DNA from: Rhodosorus marinus CCMP1338 | Taxonomy: Eukaryota; Plantae; Rhodophyta | Length of the DNA stretch: 64,000 bases | Assembly (NCBI GenBank): GCA_029953675.1 | Contig: JAMWBK010000012.1 | Location: 930,001-994,000 of the forward strand | Direction of reading: 5' to 3' | Part shown: positions 1 to 12,876 of the stretch, piece after piece | Numbering within the stretch: the first letter of the stretch is position 1 | Layout: every line of letters starts with the position of its first letter | Notes under the pieces: model-generated | Told to the model about the DNA's origin: nothing | The model's database searches: none | What the model saw: the letters and a program-made list of their open reading frames with translations, nothing else | Translations under genes and position numbers: made by a program

Positions 1-17
1 GAAGTGGAACCGGGGCG

Positions 18-455
18 ATGGCTATTGCATCTCGATTTATTCCTACTGCAGAGGGTCTGAAGGATTCTGTGCTTGGGTCGTTCTCAAAGGCACAGCCTTG
101 GGGAGAGTTTGCGAATATCAAGCAATTTAATATTCTCCAGGCGAGCGAGGTCCCTGACAGATTGAAGGAGAACATTCCCCACTATGCCTTTCAACTACGT
201 GATCATTTTCCTCGTCCTCAGCGTCTTTGTCGTCCTCACGAAGCCGTTGTCCCTTGTGTCTGTTGCCCTGGTTATCCTCGGGGATTACCGCCTTTTCGTC
301 ATGGCTGGTGAAGATCCGGTGAAGCCACCTTCACCGCGGCCCACGCCCATTGGAGCTTGACACGAACGTGAAAAGGGGCGCTGTCCTGTCAGTCGGCGGC
401 ATCTTGCTCTTCTGGATGACCGGTGCAATCACCGGTATTATGTCCTTATCGGTGA
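18..455 (+). pseudogene. PRA1 (prenylated Rab acceptor) family gene, frameshifted and 3'-truncated by a retroelement
   Basis: ORF 18 gives ..AQPWGEF..EVPDRLKENIPHYAF. Shifting frame in the T-run near 190 continues NYVIIFLVLSVFVVLTKPLSLV, and a further shift gives KRGAVLSVGGILLFWMTGAITG. This matches the PRA1 PW.EF/R..N..Y..NY and TM pattern. The sequence runs into a retroelement tail at ~453. Confidence 0.72.
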
Positions 456-1450
456 TGATCCGTTTATTCAGAGACTAACTACCCTGAGAAGCGAGAGACA
501 AGACGCTGATGATGCGCGTCCACAAACAAAGCAGAATTGGAGCGCCACACGGTCAAAGAAAGCTCCGTGAGCAGACTATCTAAACGCCCTGGGTCGTTGC
601 GAAACAGAGCTCCCAGCCAGCAAGAACCTACACTATCTATCAAGCCAAAGCACTCAATAGTGAGGGGGACGAACCGGTATGTCACCGCCGAATCGCGAAA
701 GGTAGGTTTTGACATTGCTGCCGCGTACTGCGAATCTTTCACTTGCCGCATGGACCGAGCTGCAGCTCCTCGACGCCGAGTCGACGCAGGCAGGTACCTG
801 GCTGTTCCGCTACCTTCGTTCTCAATCGCTCCGTACCGAGCGATTGAGAACGAAGGTAGCGGAACAGCAAGCGGTTGAGCCGCGTATGGCGTCTGGTCCG
901 GGCCCCTTGAACCTCCGCACAAGACGCCAACAGATGCGCACCATAATCACCCCACGGCACATTGGCCCCGCACAATGCGCATCTAGAATCCCGCTCAACA
1001 GGCCGAGCAAGGGGGTTGCGGCAAGCCCAGGTAAAGTCGTAAGCTTACACTAAGTTCGAGATCGGTAAGCGCCAACCGCGGATACGCAGGTATGACCGTG
1101 AATAAACGCGAGGTGAGACTCCCCCCAAAACCGCGCAGGCGAGCAAAAGTCGACGCCGAGCACGAAGGTATACTCAGAAGGGTGGCATACGAGTCCCGAT
1201 GTATGTTCCACGAAAGGGTTTTTTGGATTACATCGGTGCTCGAAGGGGCCGGACCCGACCGGGAAACGCCCTCCTCTGGCGGTCTCGACGGCACAGCCAC
1301 GGCGTCAATATCCCCGGCAGTTTCTACACCATTTCCAACACACGGTGCTGCAGCAGAGACTCCCGACCGCTGGCCACCGAGGGAGTCAAGAACTGCCGCC
1401 CAGGAATCGCAACGAGCCTGGGTACGGTACTGTCGGTCTTCTGGGTGCGT
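453..1450 (-). mobile_element. 3' part of a CRE/SLACS-like non-LTR retrotransposon (family 1, RLE domain), degenerate
   Basis: Minus-strand pieces FTVIPAYPRLALTDLELSVSLRLYLGLPQP, CALCGANV..HLLASCAEVQGARTRRH (zinc knuckle and RH motif) and FVPLTIECFG..RSNSAL..RFSG*, followed by AATAAA and a GGATCATCA tail. Confidence 0.8.
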
Positions 1451-1499
1451 CCATGCTCTGGCGAGGAAGCCCGCCAGCGAACTTGAATTTGAGTCTGGC

Positions 1500-1965
1500 T
1501 TAACACAGGGCTAGATCCTTTCGATACTCTAGCCTAGACTGGGTTGCGGCAACCCCAGGTACAATCGCAAGTTTACACGAAGTTCGAGATCGGTAAGCGC
1601 CAACCGCGGATACGCATGTATGACCGTGAAGAAACGCGAGCTGGGACTCCCCCCGAACCGCGCAGGCGAGCCAAAGTCGACGCCGAGCAGGAAGGTGGAC
1701 AAGGGTGGCATACGAGTCCCGATGTATGTCCCACGAAAGGGGTTTTTGGATTACATCGGTCCTCGAAGGGGCCGGACCCGACCGGGAAGGCCCTCCTCTG
1801 GCGGTCTCGACGGGACAGCTATGGCGTCAATATCCTCGGCACTTTCTACACCATTTCCAACACACGCCGCTGCAGCAAAGACTCCCGAACGTTGGCCGCC
1901 GAGAGAGTCAAGAACTGCCGCCCAGGATTCGCAACGAACCTGGGTACCACTCGGCAGGGCAGTGC
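1500..1965 (-). mobile_element. Second copy of the family-1 internal segment (direct repeat of ~1015-1430, period ~530 bp)
   Basis: AAGTTCGAGATCGGTAAGCGCCAACCGCGGATACGCA and downstream blocks recur at ~1053 and ~1581. It encodes the same YPRLALTDLEL..LRLYLGLPQP peptide. Confidence 0.7.
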
Positions 1966-2063
1966 ATTGACCCTCGTGTGTTTCAACGCTGCTTTATTGC
2001 CGGACGCGCGTCATCAGCGTCTTGTTTCTTGCTTCTCAGGGTAGTTAGGCTCTGAATAAACGG
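1965..2063 (+). mobile_element. 5'-truncated family-1 3' end
   Basis: CAACGCTGCTTTATT..GCGTCATCAGCGTCTTGT..TTCTCAGGGTAGTTAGGCTCTGAATAAACGG, the same terminal block as other copies. Confidence 0.8.
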
Positions 2064-2129
2064 TTGAAAAAGTCTAAACCTGGTGTTATGAAATAGCGCA
2101 ATTCTGTTGTAGATAAATGATCAACCTCT

Positions 2130-2545
2130 TCGCGCGAAAAGTGTTGCGGAAACTGATTTTCCCCGACTTTTTTTGGCGAAGTCCACCGAAAGCGTACCAA
2201 AGGGCTCCTCACTGAGACCATCCAGCTGCAGGATGCGAGTCACCAGTTCGCAGCCCCCTGAATAACCTACATCGAGCTGGGTCAACGCAAAAAGCCACTG
2301 GCATTCCTTAGTGAGACGCGCGAGACGAAACGACTCGCCAGCTTCCGGAGCGCTTCCACATTCCAATTGGGCACAACGAAGGCGTCTGGCATGAATAGCC
2401 GGGCTTGGGCAAGAGAGCGAGCTGCAAGAGAACGAGCTGGGAGCGGGACAGTAAAGCGCACGCATCTGCAGAGAAAATGTCTCCATTCACGAGACCCTCC
2501 AGCACCCGAGCGAGGGCATTCAGGCCCTCCTCGCCAAGCCAATGG
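2130..2545 (-). mobile_element. Reverse transcriptase relic (CRE-like, RT motifs 2-3)
   Basis: TQLDVGYSGGCELV..TLSVDF aligns by eye with LQLGIGVSGGCE..LRLDLENAF in the element at 60-61 kb. Confidence 0.55.
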
Positions 2546-2639
2546 AAAAGCTCAACCCGAAGGCCTGAGGGACCCGGTGCACGACCCTTCGAGCGACCTT
2601 AAGAACAGCTAGAACCTCATCAGGTCGGACAAGCAACCG

Positions 2640-2974
2640 ATCCTTGCCATGTGAAGCCGAGGCGCTGAAAGCTCGGTCAATGCGGCAAATGAAGGAATCC
2701 CAGTATGCTGCGGCGATCTTAGAATCTACGCTTCGCGATTCCGCATTGTCCTAGCGGTTTGATCCACTCATCATAGAGTGCTTTGGTTTAGTGGATAATG
2801 TTGGTTCTCGTTGGCTTCGTGGGTTTTTTTGCAACAGCCCAGGGCGTCTGGATAGCCTCCTCATGGAGCTGTCTTTGGTCGCTCTGGCGTTCCAACGCTG
2901 CTTTATTGTTGAACGCGCGTCATCAGCGTCTTTTTTCTCGTTTCTGAAGGTAGTTAGGCTCTGAATAAACGGAT
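2640..2974 (+). mobile_element. Family-1 RLE C-terminus and 3' end
   Basis: CCACTCATCATAGAGTGCTTTGGT (PLIIECFG), then the conserved terminal block ending CTCTGAATAAACGGAT. Confidence 0.8.
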
Positions 2975-3129
2975 TAACAACCAGCTCTCGATGACGACCG
3001 AGGAGTGCCTCAAGCCCCCCCCCTCCCCTCCCCGACGTATTGGTCACAACCCCAATGAACACCCGAATGGATGAAAGACGCTGCGATCTGGTTGATGACA
3101 GTAAAAGCAACCCATCTCGGTGGTTATCT

Positions 3130-3990
3130 ACGAATACACAGCGATCGATCAAGCGAGACCCGATTGCAATGCCCGCGATTGAGGATGGCAAGGTTTGCAC
3201 TTGATCTCCGCGGATTTAGACCTTGAGCTTTTCTCCGCAAAATTTGACACAATGTACATCCTACAGGTTCAAGAGCTCCCTTAAGCCCTCCTGAACCAGA
3301 TGTCCTCAAAAACGTGAGGAACATCCTCAACTGCTACCTTTAACCCCCCTCAACTCCTACACTTGGCATGGTCGACCTGGAGGTCAACGCGCCGCCAACA
3401 GCCGAAGCGAGCACAAGCGGGGCTACATCATCGGGGTCTCCACTTAGCGCGACATCGCCGTGGTAGCTGGCTACCTATGATACGCACTCTAGGCTGCTCA
3501 CGCCGAACACCCAACAGAACCAGTTGAAGACCGCAGGCATGAAGGAATGGACCCAGCGGGTCACCCTGCTGCCCCCCTGTGAGAGCCTCAAAACGAAACT
3601 CACCTTGCGCCCGGACTCTCATAACTCGGCTCAACCCCCGCTCCGCCATATAGTGGCCACAAAACCAGCGGCCTCAGGATACACCTACGACACGACTGCT
3701 AAAACAAGCACCCGGGAGATGCAGTTAAAGGTGTTCTTAAAATCCACAAAGACTAGGCCTCCGTGAACATCGTGTGCAGGCTCCACTCGTGTGACCAATT
3801 CGCAACCGCCCGGGTAACCAACGCCGACCTGACACACGCCAAAGAACTCCTGACACGATCGCAATCACACTCTTTCACAGAAGCCACGCGCGACCAGCTT
3901 GCGCTCACTTCGCTCATGCCGAGTGTGTGAGGGGCCGCCGCTAGAGCCGGATTGGACGGGTTATGTCCTTCCCGAGCCAGGAGCACCAGC
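3130..3990 (-). mobile_element. Reverse transcriptase relic (CRE-like, RT motifs 4-5)
   Basis: ORF 3428-3649 contains TGGQQGDPLGPFLHA. The adjacent frame gives VASYHGDV, a degenerate YxDD. Confidence 0.65.
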
Positions 3991-4019
3991 GACGCACGAC
4001 CAAGGAGGGACCAAACTCT

Positions 4020-4136
4020 GGTACATTCGTCTTGATAGCCTCCTCATGGAGCTCTTTTTGACCCTCTGCCCTTCCAGCGCTGCTTCATCAGCGGCTTGTT
4101 TCTCGCTTCTCAGGGTAGTTTGGGGCTGAATAAACC
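4020..4136 (+). mobile_element. Family-1 3' end fragment
   Basis: GATAGCCTCCTCATGGAGCT..TTCTCGCTTCTCAGGGTAGTT..CTGAATAAAC. Confidence 0.75.
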
Positions 4137-4316
4137 GCTTCTGACATTAGCGGAAAAAGAAGGTGCTGATAAGCGCGCCAAGGGCTAACCAAGACCTCCA
4201 CCGGGAGGATAGATAACTGCTGTAGAAAGTAGCTCAGACGCTGTTACGTGCGGGACCGGAAAACAAGCATCGCCGTCTCGGGTATCCGTCATTGTGCGCC
4301 TCACCAGTGGAACACT

Positions 4317-4374
4317 CATCATCCGTTTATTCAGCGCCTCACTACCATGAGAAGCGAGAAACAAGATGCTGATG
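4317..4374 (-). mobile_element. Family-1 3' end fragment (~60 bp)
   Basis: Reverse complement reads CATCAGCATCTTGTTTCTCGCTTCTCATGGTAGTGAGGCGCTGAATAAACGGATGATG. Confidence 0.75.
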
Positions 4375-5087
4375 GCTCGTTCCTTGCGTCCAGTGTAGTT
4401 TTTCTCTCTCGGTGTTGCTTAGCTCTCCAATTAGGCGCAGTCTTCACACGGTTGGAGTGCACTCGCGATGCAGAAGTCCGCCGTTCTGGTTTTTCTTATT
4501 ATGAATATCTGAGGCAGATGTGATGGCACTGGTGACGAAAACACTACCTGAGGCAGCTGGCTTTTGAGTCAAGTTTAAGTTGGCATTGGGGGAGCTCATA
4601 AAACTACCAATTCCTCAACGAGCACTTCAGAAAGCTAAGGGACAGCGTTGCGAAGACGCTCTTGAGGGAAGGGGACGAGAGCCTTTTGTTGGAAGTACGA
4701 AGGCCCAGCCCGTTTGAGTTTTCTGACAAGAACGACAGACTATTATATCTTAGAGATGAGCTATGTGTGCGCGTACCTATCGATGCTTATTCGATTCACT
4801 GTGTTAAGCGTCGTCTCTCAGACCTCGAATGAACCTCTCGGCCAGGCGAGGACTATGAGGCGGCTGGCTACCAGTTGTGCGTTCGGTTTCCGATTTGGTA
4901 TCAGAGTTACTGACATAGCTTTCTGTTTCAGAAGCTGAACGAAGCCCAGCCTCCTTGATAGTCAACCGTTTGTGGTTGCCTCGAGGGTAGGAGAGGTCCG
5001 TAAACTAAGGTTGGCAACTTGGTGTTTGATTTCTTTGTACATTTACTCGCGTTTAAGTGCATTCATGTCAACTACGAATTTACAAAG

Positions 5088-5369
5088 TTAGTGTCCAAAG
5101 ATGCTCTGTACTTGTTGCACAATGGTGGGATGAGCGGGGTTCAAAATCTCAGTGCTAAGCCCAATCACGAATCCCATCATCGCCAGCCGTCCGTTCAGCT
5201 GTTCGTTGAGAAAGTTGAATCCGGGCTTTGGGTCCTGCGGTCCCAGGCGATCCTCGATACCCATACTGACAACGGTCCTCTTGCTCATTGTAGCGTCAGG
5301 CCTCCTGCTAACAGCCGACGTCCTCCCAACCTTTGCTCCAACAAAACTAGTTCCACTCACAAATGCCAT
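5088..5369 (-). CDS. One-helix HLIP/OHP-type LHC-like protein with plastid transit peptide (copy 1)
   Basis: MAFVSGTSFVG.. transit peptide; GFN..NEQLNGRLAMMGF chlorophyll-binding ExxNxR motif; TATA-like element at 5467-5474. Confidence 0.92.
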   Translation of the reverse strand: MAFVSGTSFVGAKVGRTSAVSRRPDATMSKRTVVSMGIEDRLGPQDPKPGFNFLNEQLNGRLAMMGFVIGLSTEILNPAHPTIVQQVQSIFGH

Positions 5370-6504
5370 CTTTCTTCAACAAGCTTAAGTATCCTTTATC
5401 TCCCTGTTTCTAGACTTCGAGGGCTATCATATTGCAGCTACAACATAGAGTTGGAAACCCGCTCTACTTATATAGCCTCACAAGAAGCCTCCGACCTCAA
5501 CTCAACCCAAACAGTCCAGCTCCAGTTTCCTCTTAAACCAAGCCTGCAACCAGAGTTTTCCCGTTCTTCCTATTCCTTCAATCTCCTCACCCTAGCCATT
5601 ACATCACAACCATCCCGAAACTTCGTTCAACCACGAAAACTCAGAAACCCCGGCCATCCACAAATCCAACCTATCCATCCATCCATCCATTCCCATTCTA
5701 ACGAACCCTACCGAACTCGGGATTGCCACTTCCAATAAGCTTGCAACTTCCAATGCCTTTACCGGATCCACAAAAAAAACAACAAAACAATCACTACCAT
5801 TGCATGGAGCATATTAATTCGAAAAAAACAGATTCCTGACACAAAATACTACAACATCATTGGAATTCAATACTATAATTTATGAAAATATAAAACATGA
5901 ACATGAAAATTGCACGATATTATAATATATTTATACAGATATATTGTATCGATACATATCGTGATATAAATATATTTTTCAAGCTGAGAATAAAACTTAT
6001 AGTTTTAGGGCCACAAAAATTCGACTGATTGGAAGTTGGCCTATTATACAGATTGGATTGGATTGAGTGGTTGGGTAGAGTTTATTGTTTCACAGCCGGG
6101 AAAAAGCAGCCGGAGGACGAGGAGGATGAGTAGGGAGGCTTGGGTGGGGCTTGCAAATTTTTTGTAGTTTTGTTTTAATAAACGGGGGGAGGAATTCCGT
6201 TGGGGGAGGGGACGGGTAGAGAGGGGGAGAGGGAGGGAATGAAGTTGGGATTGTGTTTCTGTTGATTTATTGGAGAGGAACGGAAACGGAAGGAAATTGC
6301 ACAAAAAATACGTTTAGAAATTTTTAGTTTTTGATATTGTTCGGGTTTGGGTTTGGGTCTGTGCTTTTTTTTTGTGAGGGTATAAGTACGACGAGGTTTG
6401 ACCGGTAACGGCAATGTGAGTGGGTGCGGATGGGAATGTAGAAGCTACGAGAAGGAGCGATAGTGTGAGGTAGTTGTCGGAATTTTTGAACTTATTGAGG
6501 AAAG

Positions 6505-6783
6505 ATGGCATTCGTGAGTGGAACTAGTTTTGCTGGAGTAAAGGTCGGACGAGCGTCGGTGGTTAGCAGGAAGCCTGCCGCGACAATGAGCAAGAGGACG
6601 GTTGTCAGCATGAGCGGCAAGGGATCCAAAGAACCGAAGCCGAAGCCTGGGTTCAACTTTTTCAACGAGCGACTGAACGGACGTTTGGCAATGGTAGGAT
6701 TCGCGATTGGACTGAGCACTGAGATCCTCAACCCCGCTCATCCCACCATCCCGCAACAGGTCCAGAGCCTCCTTGGATTCTAA
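6505..6783 (+). CDS. One-helix HLIP/OHP-type protein (copy 2)
   Basis: GFNFFNERLNGRLAMVGF; paralog of copy 1 in divergent orientation, with a similar 3' UTR start (TAACTTT..TAGTT). Confidence 0.92.
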   Translation: MAFVSGTSFAGVKVGRASVVSRKPAATMSKRTVVSMSGKGSKEPKPKPGFNFFNERLNGRLAMVGFAIGLSTEILNPAHPTIPQQVQSLLGF

Positions 6784-7349
6784 CTTTACAACTTAGTAGT
6801 TAATAATAATGAACTAAAGTGGCATCAAATGCACTAACGAGACCGGAAGTTGAAAAGAACATTTGCCGGCACTAACGTTAGCGCGTCCTCCCCGCCCGTA
6901 AATTTTACCCCAGCACGTAATAGATGATTAACGTCCATCTCCAACGGCTATCTGTCCAATATTGATATCTGGCACTGTTGAAATCCAGCACTGTAGCAAG
7001 AAGAAATTGCCCACCATAGCGGAACCGTAAACATTGATTTTGTTTCAAACTGCAATTGCGTACATGTTTTGCGGTGGCCTAATTCCGATTACGATTTTTC
7101 AGGTTGATAATAAGCTGTCTAAACCATCTGTAACCAGGCACTAGTCGAAAATCTGGATTGCGTTAGAGAAGGTCGCTGCTAGTAGCGACGGTCTATACAA
7201 CTTGACTAAGGAAAAACCGCGTATGCGAAGGTGCTGTTGCTTCACCAACGGCAAATTTTTTTGTTAGGAGGGAGAGTGCGATGTATTATAACTTGCCGCT
7301 CTGTTTGTCATGGAAATTACGTTTATTTATTTCAAGATGTCTACATAAT

Positions 7350-7625
7350 TTACTGGCCGAAGATGCTTGTCACCTGCTGGACAATGGTGGGATGCGCAGG
7401 GTTGAGAATTTCGGTGCTTAGACCAATAATGAAACCCATCATCGCCAGACGTCCGTTCAGCTGCTCGTTCAAGGCGTTGAATCCCGGCTTGCTTTTTCCA
7501 GTCCTATCCTCGATTCCCATAGATACGACTGTCCTCTTGCTCGTGTTCGAGGCTGGCCTCCTGCTCACCGCAGAGGCTCCCCCAACCTTCTTTCCGACGA
7601 AGCTCGTTCCGTTCACAAACGCCAT
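7350..7625 (-). CDS. One-helix HLIP/OHP-type protein (copy 3)
   Basis: Start taken at the MAFVNG ATG (7625) rather than 7748, by homology with the paralogs and a TATA element at ~7734-7741. 91 aa, NEQLNGRLAMMGF. Confidence 0.92.
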   Translation of the reverse strand: MAFVNGTSFVGKKVGGASAVSRRPASNTSKRTVVSMGIEDRTGKSKPGFNALNEQLNGRLAMMGFIIGLSTEILNPAHPTIVQQVTSIFGQ

Positions 7626-8980
7626 TCTTCCTGCTTCTCGATAGTTGGCAGTTTTCCCCAGCTCTAGAGTAATGAGTAACTCGCTGCTTTCCCCTGCGCT
7701 GAGTGTCAATATTGCGGAGGGGGGCGGGGTTGCGTTATATACCTTCACTCACCATCAGGAACGGGGTGGAGTATGGCAAGCACAGGGTCGACGCCGAACT
7801 CAATTTTCCCTTTCCGGAGATGACAGACCATGGTGAAGCCACCCCATCGATTTCTGTGGAAGAAACGAGACCCGTTGAAGAGAGAACTCCCACGCGAACC
7901 GCCTGCGAGTTTACCAGTGGTGACGAACTACATGAACACACAAAACACAAGAGAAGCATGTCGAGCGACGGCTCGACAGGTTCGTGTCCACAAACTCAGT
8001 CACCGACCACCAAAACCATAACCTACAGCCTCTTGTCCAACCGTCATCCGCCTGTCTCATCCAGTTCCTCAAAGACCTGAGGCCCGTTAAGCTCCCCGGA
8101 ACAGAAATCTCACTACCAAAGAAAACCTACCTTTTTTAAAAGCAATTATAACCCTATATGCTTGGTCAATATATTTATAATTCCAATCAATATCCACGGA
8201 CCGTCCTATAAACAAAATTCAATTGGTATAGATGAAGCGCGTCAAATATGAATTGCAGAGTTTCAAAAGCGAGTATTCATGATTGACTTGTTTTCTTCAC
8301 ATTTAAAATTTTACGGACGACGTTCGCAGAGTGAAATAATTGGTTATAGTTTCGAATAGTTTATTTGCTATTACGTAGAAAAACGAAGTATATTGTTAGA
8401 AACCGGTCGAGCGGACTCCTTTTCTTTCTGTGTATTGGATAACTTCGAAATTCTGGAAGAAACTTTTCCTTATATAGTTTTTGTTCATATATTTTGGATT
8501 AAATTAGGAGCACCTTGATTGTTTTCTTCGAAATCGAATATCACTGGATTGATTCTCGAGTAGTGATTGAGGCGATTCTGGGCCGGTATTTAACGTCCGG
8601 CTCACGGCGACGTGGAGACAGGGGGATGGGGAGTCGTCACTCTCTGCACGGATGGCTCTGATAAACTGATGATGATGGTGTATGTGCAATATCTCAATGA
8701 ACGAGCGAACACCTAACGGAAACCGAAAAAACAACGATGAAGCAGGAACGACGGCTAGTGGAAGCATTGCCTGGCGTCCGGAGATCATTCAACCGCTCGT
8801 TCCAGAATGTCAGGTAATCCTACTAGGAACCCAAATAGAAACCCCCATCAAGGGAGCTATGGGGACAGCTTGTTTTCGAGACTACTCTACGGAAAGCCTA
8901 ACAGAAACTGAACGACCACGACCAATGAGTTTGCGGTGGAGACCAGAAGGACAGGAAACGACGGGAACCCCATGACGATA

Positions 8981-9007
8981 GCGCTCTGAATAAACGGATG
9001 ATGATGA
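8981..9007 (+). mobile_element. Isolated family-1 terminal tail (~27 bp)
   Basis: GCGCTCTGAATAAACGGATGATGATGA matches the terminus and (GAT)n tail of the other copies. Confidence 0.5.
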
Positions 9008-9981
9008 ACGCTAGCACGAGATGCAGATCCCCTCAAAAATATAACAACTGCTCATTGTAAAAATTTTCCAACCGCTTCACTTGCTCGGCTTAATCCACAA
9101 GCTCCAGGCCATGAGGCCGCCTGAGCATTGCAAAACACAGCACCTCTCAGGAGGACCAAACCTTACTGATTTAGCAAATAAAATTCAGATATCGGAGTGA
9201 AAAGGTCGTCCACAGAGAAAAAAAAAATCATTCGAAGAATTGTAAATGTTTTGTCATAAACTTTCAATTTTTATTCAAATGCATTCCATCAAATTATCCC
9301 GTACTACTCCATGTCATTGGCTCTAACATCTACATTGCTTGGTATTGATTATTAGAATTCCAATGATATTCAAGATAATAAAAGTATCTCCGATATGATG
9401 GGTTCCGCTCCCGAATACTTTTGGCTCAGAAATATTGGAAGAAAGTTTTTAATTTGATACGAAGAGTCGCTGGAGAAGATATTTCTTCACCGATATAGAA
9501 TATAGATATATTCAGGGTCTTGTATGGAGGTAAATGCATTGAAAGATGACCAGAATTCCTGATAATCAGTTTGCGGGCGACAAAGGGATGGGTTAATTTT
9601 TGGATTCTACAGAGGAAGAATGTTAGGTTTCCAGAACCCGGTCGCGTGTCCCACGGGATGTTAATGGCTTTTATCTTCCCTGCGCTCGCTTGCTCTAGGG
9701 ATAACTAGTGAACGAAATGGACGTCTACCGTTGTTGTCGCTGATGGGACGCGGTCATAGCAAGTGTATGCGAAGCTCGTCAGTTCACCGTCATCGAACCC
9801 ATGCAACTACCCTGGGCGAGTTGAGTGGAATACCAAAGGCTTCTCCAGCCGCGATTTAGTTCTCGGAGACTTTGAATCGAAGAGCAACGTCCTCCTACCC
9901 TTAACCCGTCTCTCCACTCATATCCCCAGACCGATCAGGCAACACTCGCCATGGTTGGTGGGACCCCAAAATAAATTATTT

Positions 9982-10480
9982 CTAATTTGGATATTGAGCA
10001 CCGTCTTCTGAACACGTCTTGTCCGAGAACTTAAAAATAAATTTCCAAGATGATTTGCAATCGGGTTCTTTTTTTAGGTCTTTGGGGGGTTTGCGTGTGG
10101 CATGTCGTTGTGGGACTAGATCGATCTGAACGTGGTACTTTGGGACGAAACGTTTCTCAATGCATTTGTCCTCCGGGCATGGGGTGGAAGCATACCTAGG
10201 GCGATATGCCGTTGGGACAAGAAAGAGCCTCTTGCAAGGTCTTCGGGCGAAAGCGATGCACATCTGGAGAAGCTGCAGTGGATCAAGCGTTTGCCCTCAT
10301 TCTGTCTTACGGTGTTGTTGGTATATCTGTAGTCGTCCCCCTCAAGCTCGCTCACGGAGTCTGGACAAGGCTCATCCTCGTACACCTCGACTTGGCTTGT
10401 GTTGCACCGCTTTCTCCGAGTGGAAGACCATCGCGAAATTCGCGTTCCGATCGCGGCGCGCTGCGCGCTGTACACATCAC
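9982..10480 (-). pseudogene. Possible degenerate C2H2 zinc-finger gene fragment
   Basis: Frameshifted minus ORFs give HCSFSRC.. and CPEDKCIEKRFVPKYHVQI..H, resembling C-x3/4-C-x-K-x-F-x5-H fingers. Weak. Confidence 0.3.
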
Positions 10481-12639
10481 GATTGTTGAAGATTTTGTTC
10501 CGCAGTTGACGATCCGTTCATTCCGCAGTTCCCGTAGTCGAAGGGTTTTCATCTCTACGCCCCATCTAACTGGTCAAAACCTCAACTTACCCGGAAACAA
10601 ACCTAAGTCGAAGGAGCACTGCGGGCGACACCAGCCAGTCACCAAGAACTGGACGGCGCAGACGCCCTCATACAAGAATCTCACCGGCGTGGAAGATGAA
10701 TATCTTGCTCCTCCAGATGACCCAGCGATTTCTCTTCATGTCTCCAAATCCAGTCCCAACACCCCACTGTCCTTGCATTGCAATTCCTAATATGGGACAA
10801 CAGCTACACTCCGAACAAAGCCAGATACCAATCACGCAGATATTTTAGATATATCTTTCTGATGCTTTCCCCCTCAACTGGGTTGTAACCCCTAACCAAC
10901 CTATGCGCTTCCCCCGTGACCCAGTTTGCAATGCAATTCCTGATGAATCGGCTCTAATCATACCAAAATCGATGGATTTGGACCCCCCAGAATAAATGCA
11001 ATAGGATATCACAAAATATCCTCCTCAACGGATTCTTTCGAAGAATTGTCCCACCAATCACCGTCCTCGTAACGATTCAATCTCGTTTATTTGATTTTTT
11101 ATGGAATATTTTTCCTGGTCGAAAACTTGGAAGCCCAAGGAAAGGGCTAACGTTCCAGGAATATTGCAATGAAGAAACGCATACACTAAAAACATCTCGG
11201 AATTCTTTAGTTTTATCAGTTTTTCTTTCAGAAGTTATTTTTACCGCTCCATTTCAGTTCTGAGTTGCCGGGGTCTCCATGGAGAGTTGAATCAAATGCA
11301 GAGTCTCCTTAGGGGGGGTATGATTTCGTGTGTAAGAGAATATGTCCCAGCTGGGAATGGGACAGTTGGATGGAATGCGGGTGGCGTTTTCTTAGGATTT
11401 TTTTTGAGATTTTTCGGTTGATACGGAGTTGTTCCGATGTCCGGTGCGAGTAAATTTTTTCCGTTCGGGGGGATGCCCTTGGAGGCCGAGAGGGGGGGTT
11501 TTGGTTTACAATCTACATTCAGACAATATCTTTGAGACTTGCCCAGGATACGAGAATATTCGGGAATGGCTTTCCTCTTGTTTGTTGCGATTGTAGTGTC
11601 CTACCTGGCACAAGGATACTTCTCTCTTTGCTTAGTAGCATCTTCGAAACGATGCCGAGGAGACGGTGTGTTGTGGGACTTAAAACTCTGCTTCGACAAG
11701 GTCCGAAGTCGGTCTGCGCAAGCGCCCATTGTTTATGCTTCAGCGAAATGGGCAAAGAACAAAGTCGATTGAGGAGGCCTCACACAGGAGGGGGGGCTCC
11801 TCAATGTTTGCAAAACAGCAGGTCCTTCCGCCAGCGAAATCCGCAGCACTTCACCAGTTCTCACGGAACCGGGCAAAGTCGATGTGCAAGGGAAACGGGG
11901 ACCATCACGCATCTGTCTAGCAAAGCAAGTTGGCTGAGTCTCACTTTACATCGGTACGAGCTCAACTCGCAGTTAAGGTTCAATACCGGCAGTGCCCCAA
12001 GAGTGGGAGTTTCGCCATAAATCAAGTAGAGATGAGATGCTTCAAAAGTGTGATTTTGACCCTGCGATATGGTCACCGTTCTCCAGATCCCAATACCCAG
12101 ATTCCGCCTCCCGTCTTGGCTGTGATGACGCACAGCGGGGGGCAACAAGTCGAGCTCGATCTTTCCCCGGATCTACAGTTCACCAACAGTGAGGGGAATC
12201 TTTCTCAACATTGTGCTCATCATCGCAGATCCTGCAACTGTACGCAAATTTGTTGCATGACCTGTTCCTGTTTCGAACCCGGTGCAACAGTCCGGGCACA
12301 CCCGGTTGGAAGTCTCATTCCTGCACTTGCTGTGATATCTGGACCAAGAACGCCGATTCCAATGGCCCTGGGCTCAGGCGATGCAACCAGTAGCGTCCCC
12401 AAAGTTTCAATGCATGAACTTGATCCCTCGATTCTACTGGGTCGGCGATGGTGTTGCACAAAAACTGCACCCGTCTGTAGAAACCCGCCAATATATCGAG
12501 AAGATCTTATCCTTTCGATCTAGTCCACAGCTTGCTAGGTGTGGGACTGTTGAGCCTCCCTAAGGTCGCGTTGGACGAATCTGCATCTGTCCCACCCGCA
12601 CCGTTGGCACTCACTTGCTTAATGCCCATATCTCAATCA

Positions 12640-12876
12640 TCCAATCAACTGCTAAGAAACGACCGTGGTAGATATTATTTCTTTAATACATACTTCTAGC
12701 AATTGCTTTCTACGAATCATACTCGTTAAAAATGATCAACTTGGACAATAATCCAATCAATCGGAGCACTCAACCGGATCCGGGATTTTATCCAATCATA
12801 AGTAGAAAGTTTTTCGAATTATCCAATCATATCGTACCGATCTAACCAGCAAAGTTTTTTATTACCAAATGATTGG
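12640..12876. promoter_or_regulatory. Cluster of CCAAT-box-like motifs in an AT-rich island
   Basis: ATCCAATCA at ~12639, 12751, 12790 and 12821, plus reverse TGATTGG at ~12870. Confidence 0.4.

Noticed and set aside
5019-5738. 239-aa plus-strand ORF and similar antisense ORFs over the HLIP, sulfatase, P4-ATPase and TatB genes
   Set aside because: Shadow ORFs with no recognisable motifs, overlapping well-supported genes.
5751-6416. CCGGTAA(A/C)GGCA(T/A)TG shared near HLIP copies 1 and 2
   Set aside because: It lies on opposite sides of the TATA element in the two genes and is absent from the other four; may be chance.
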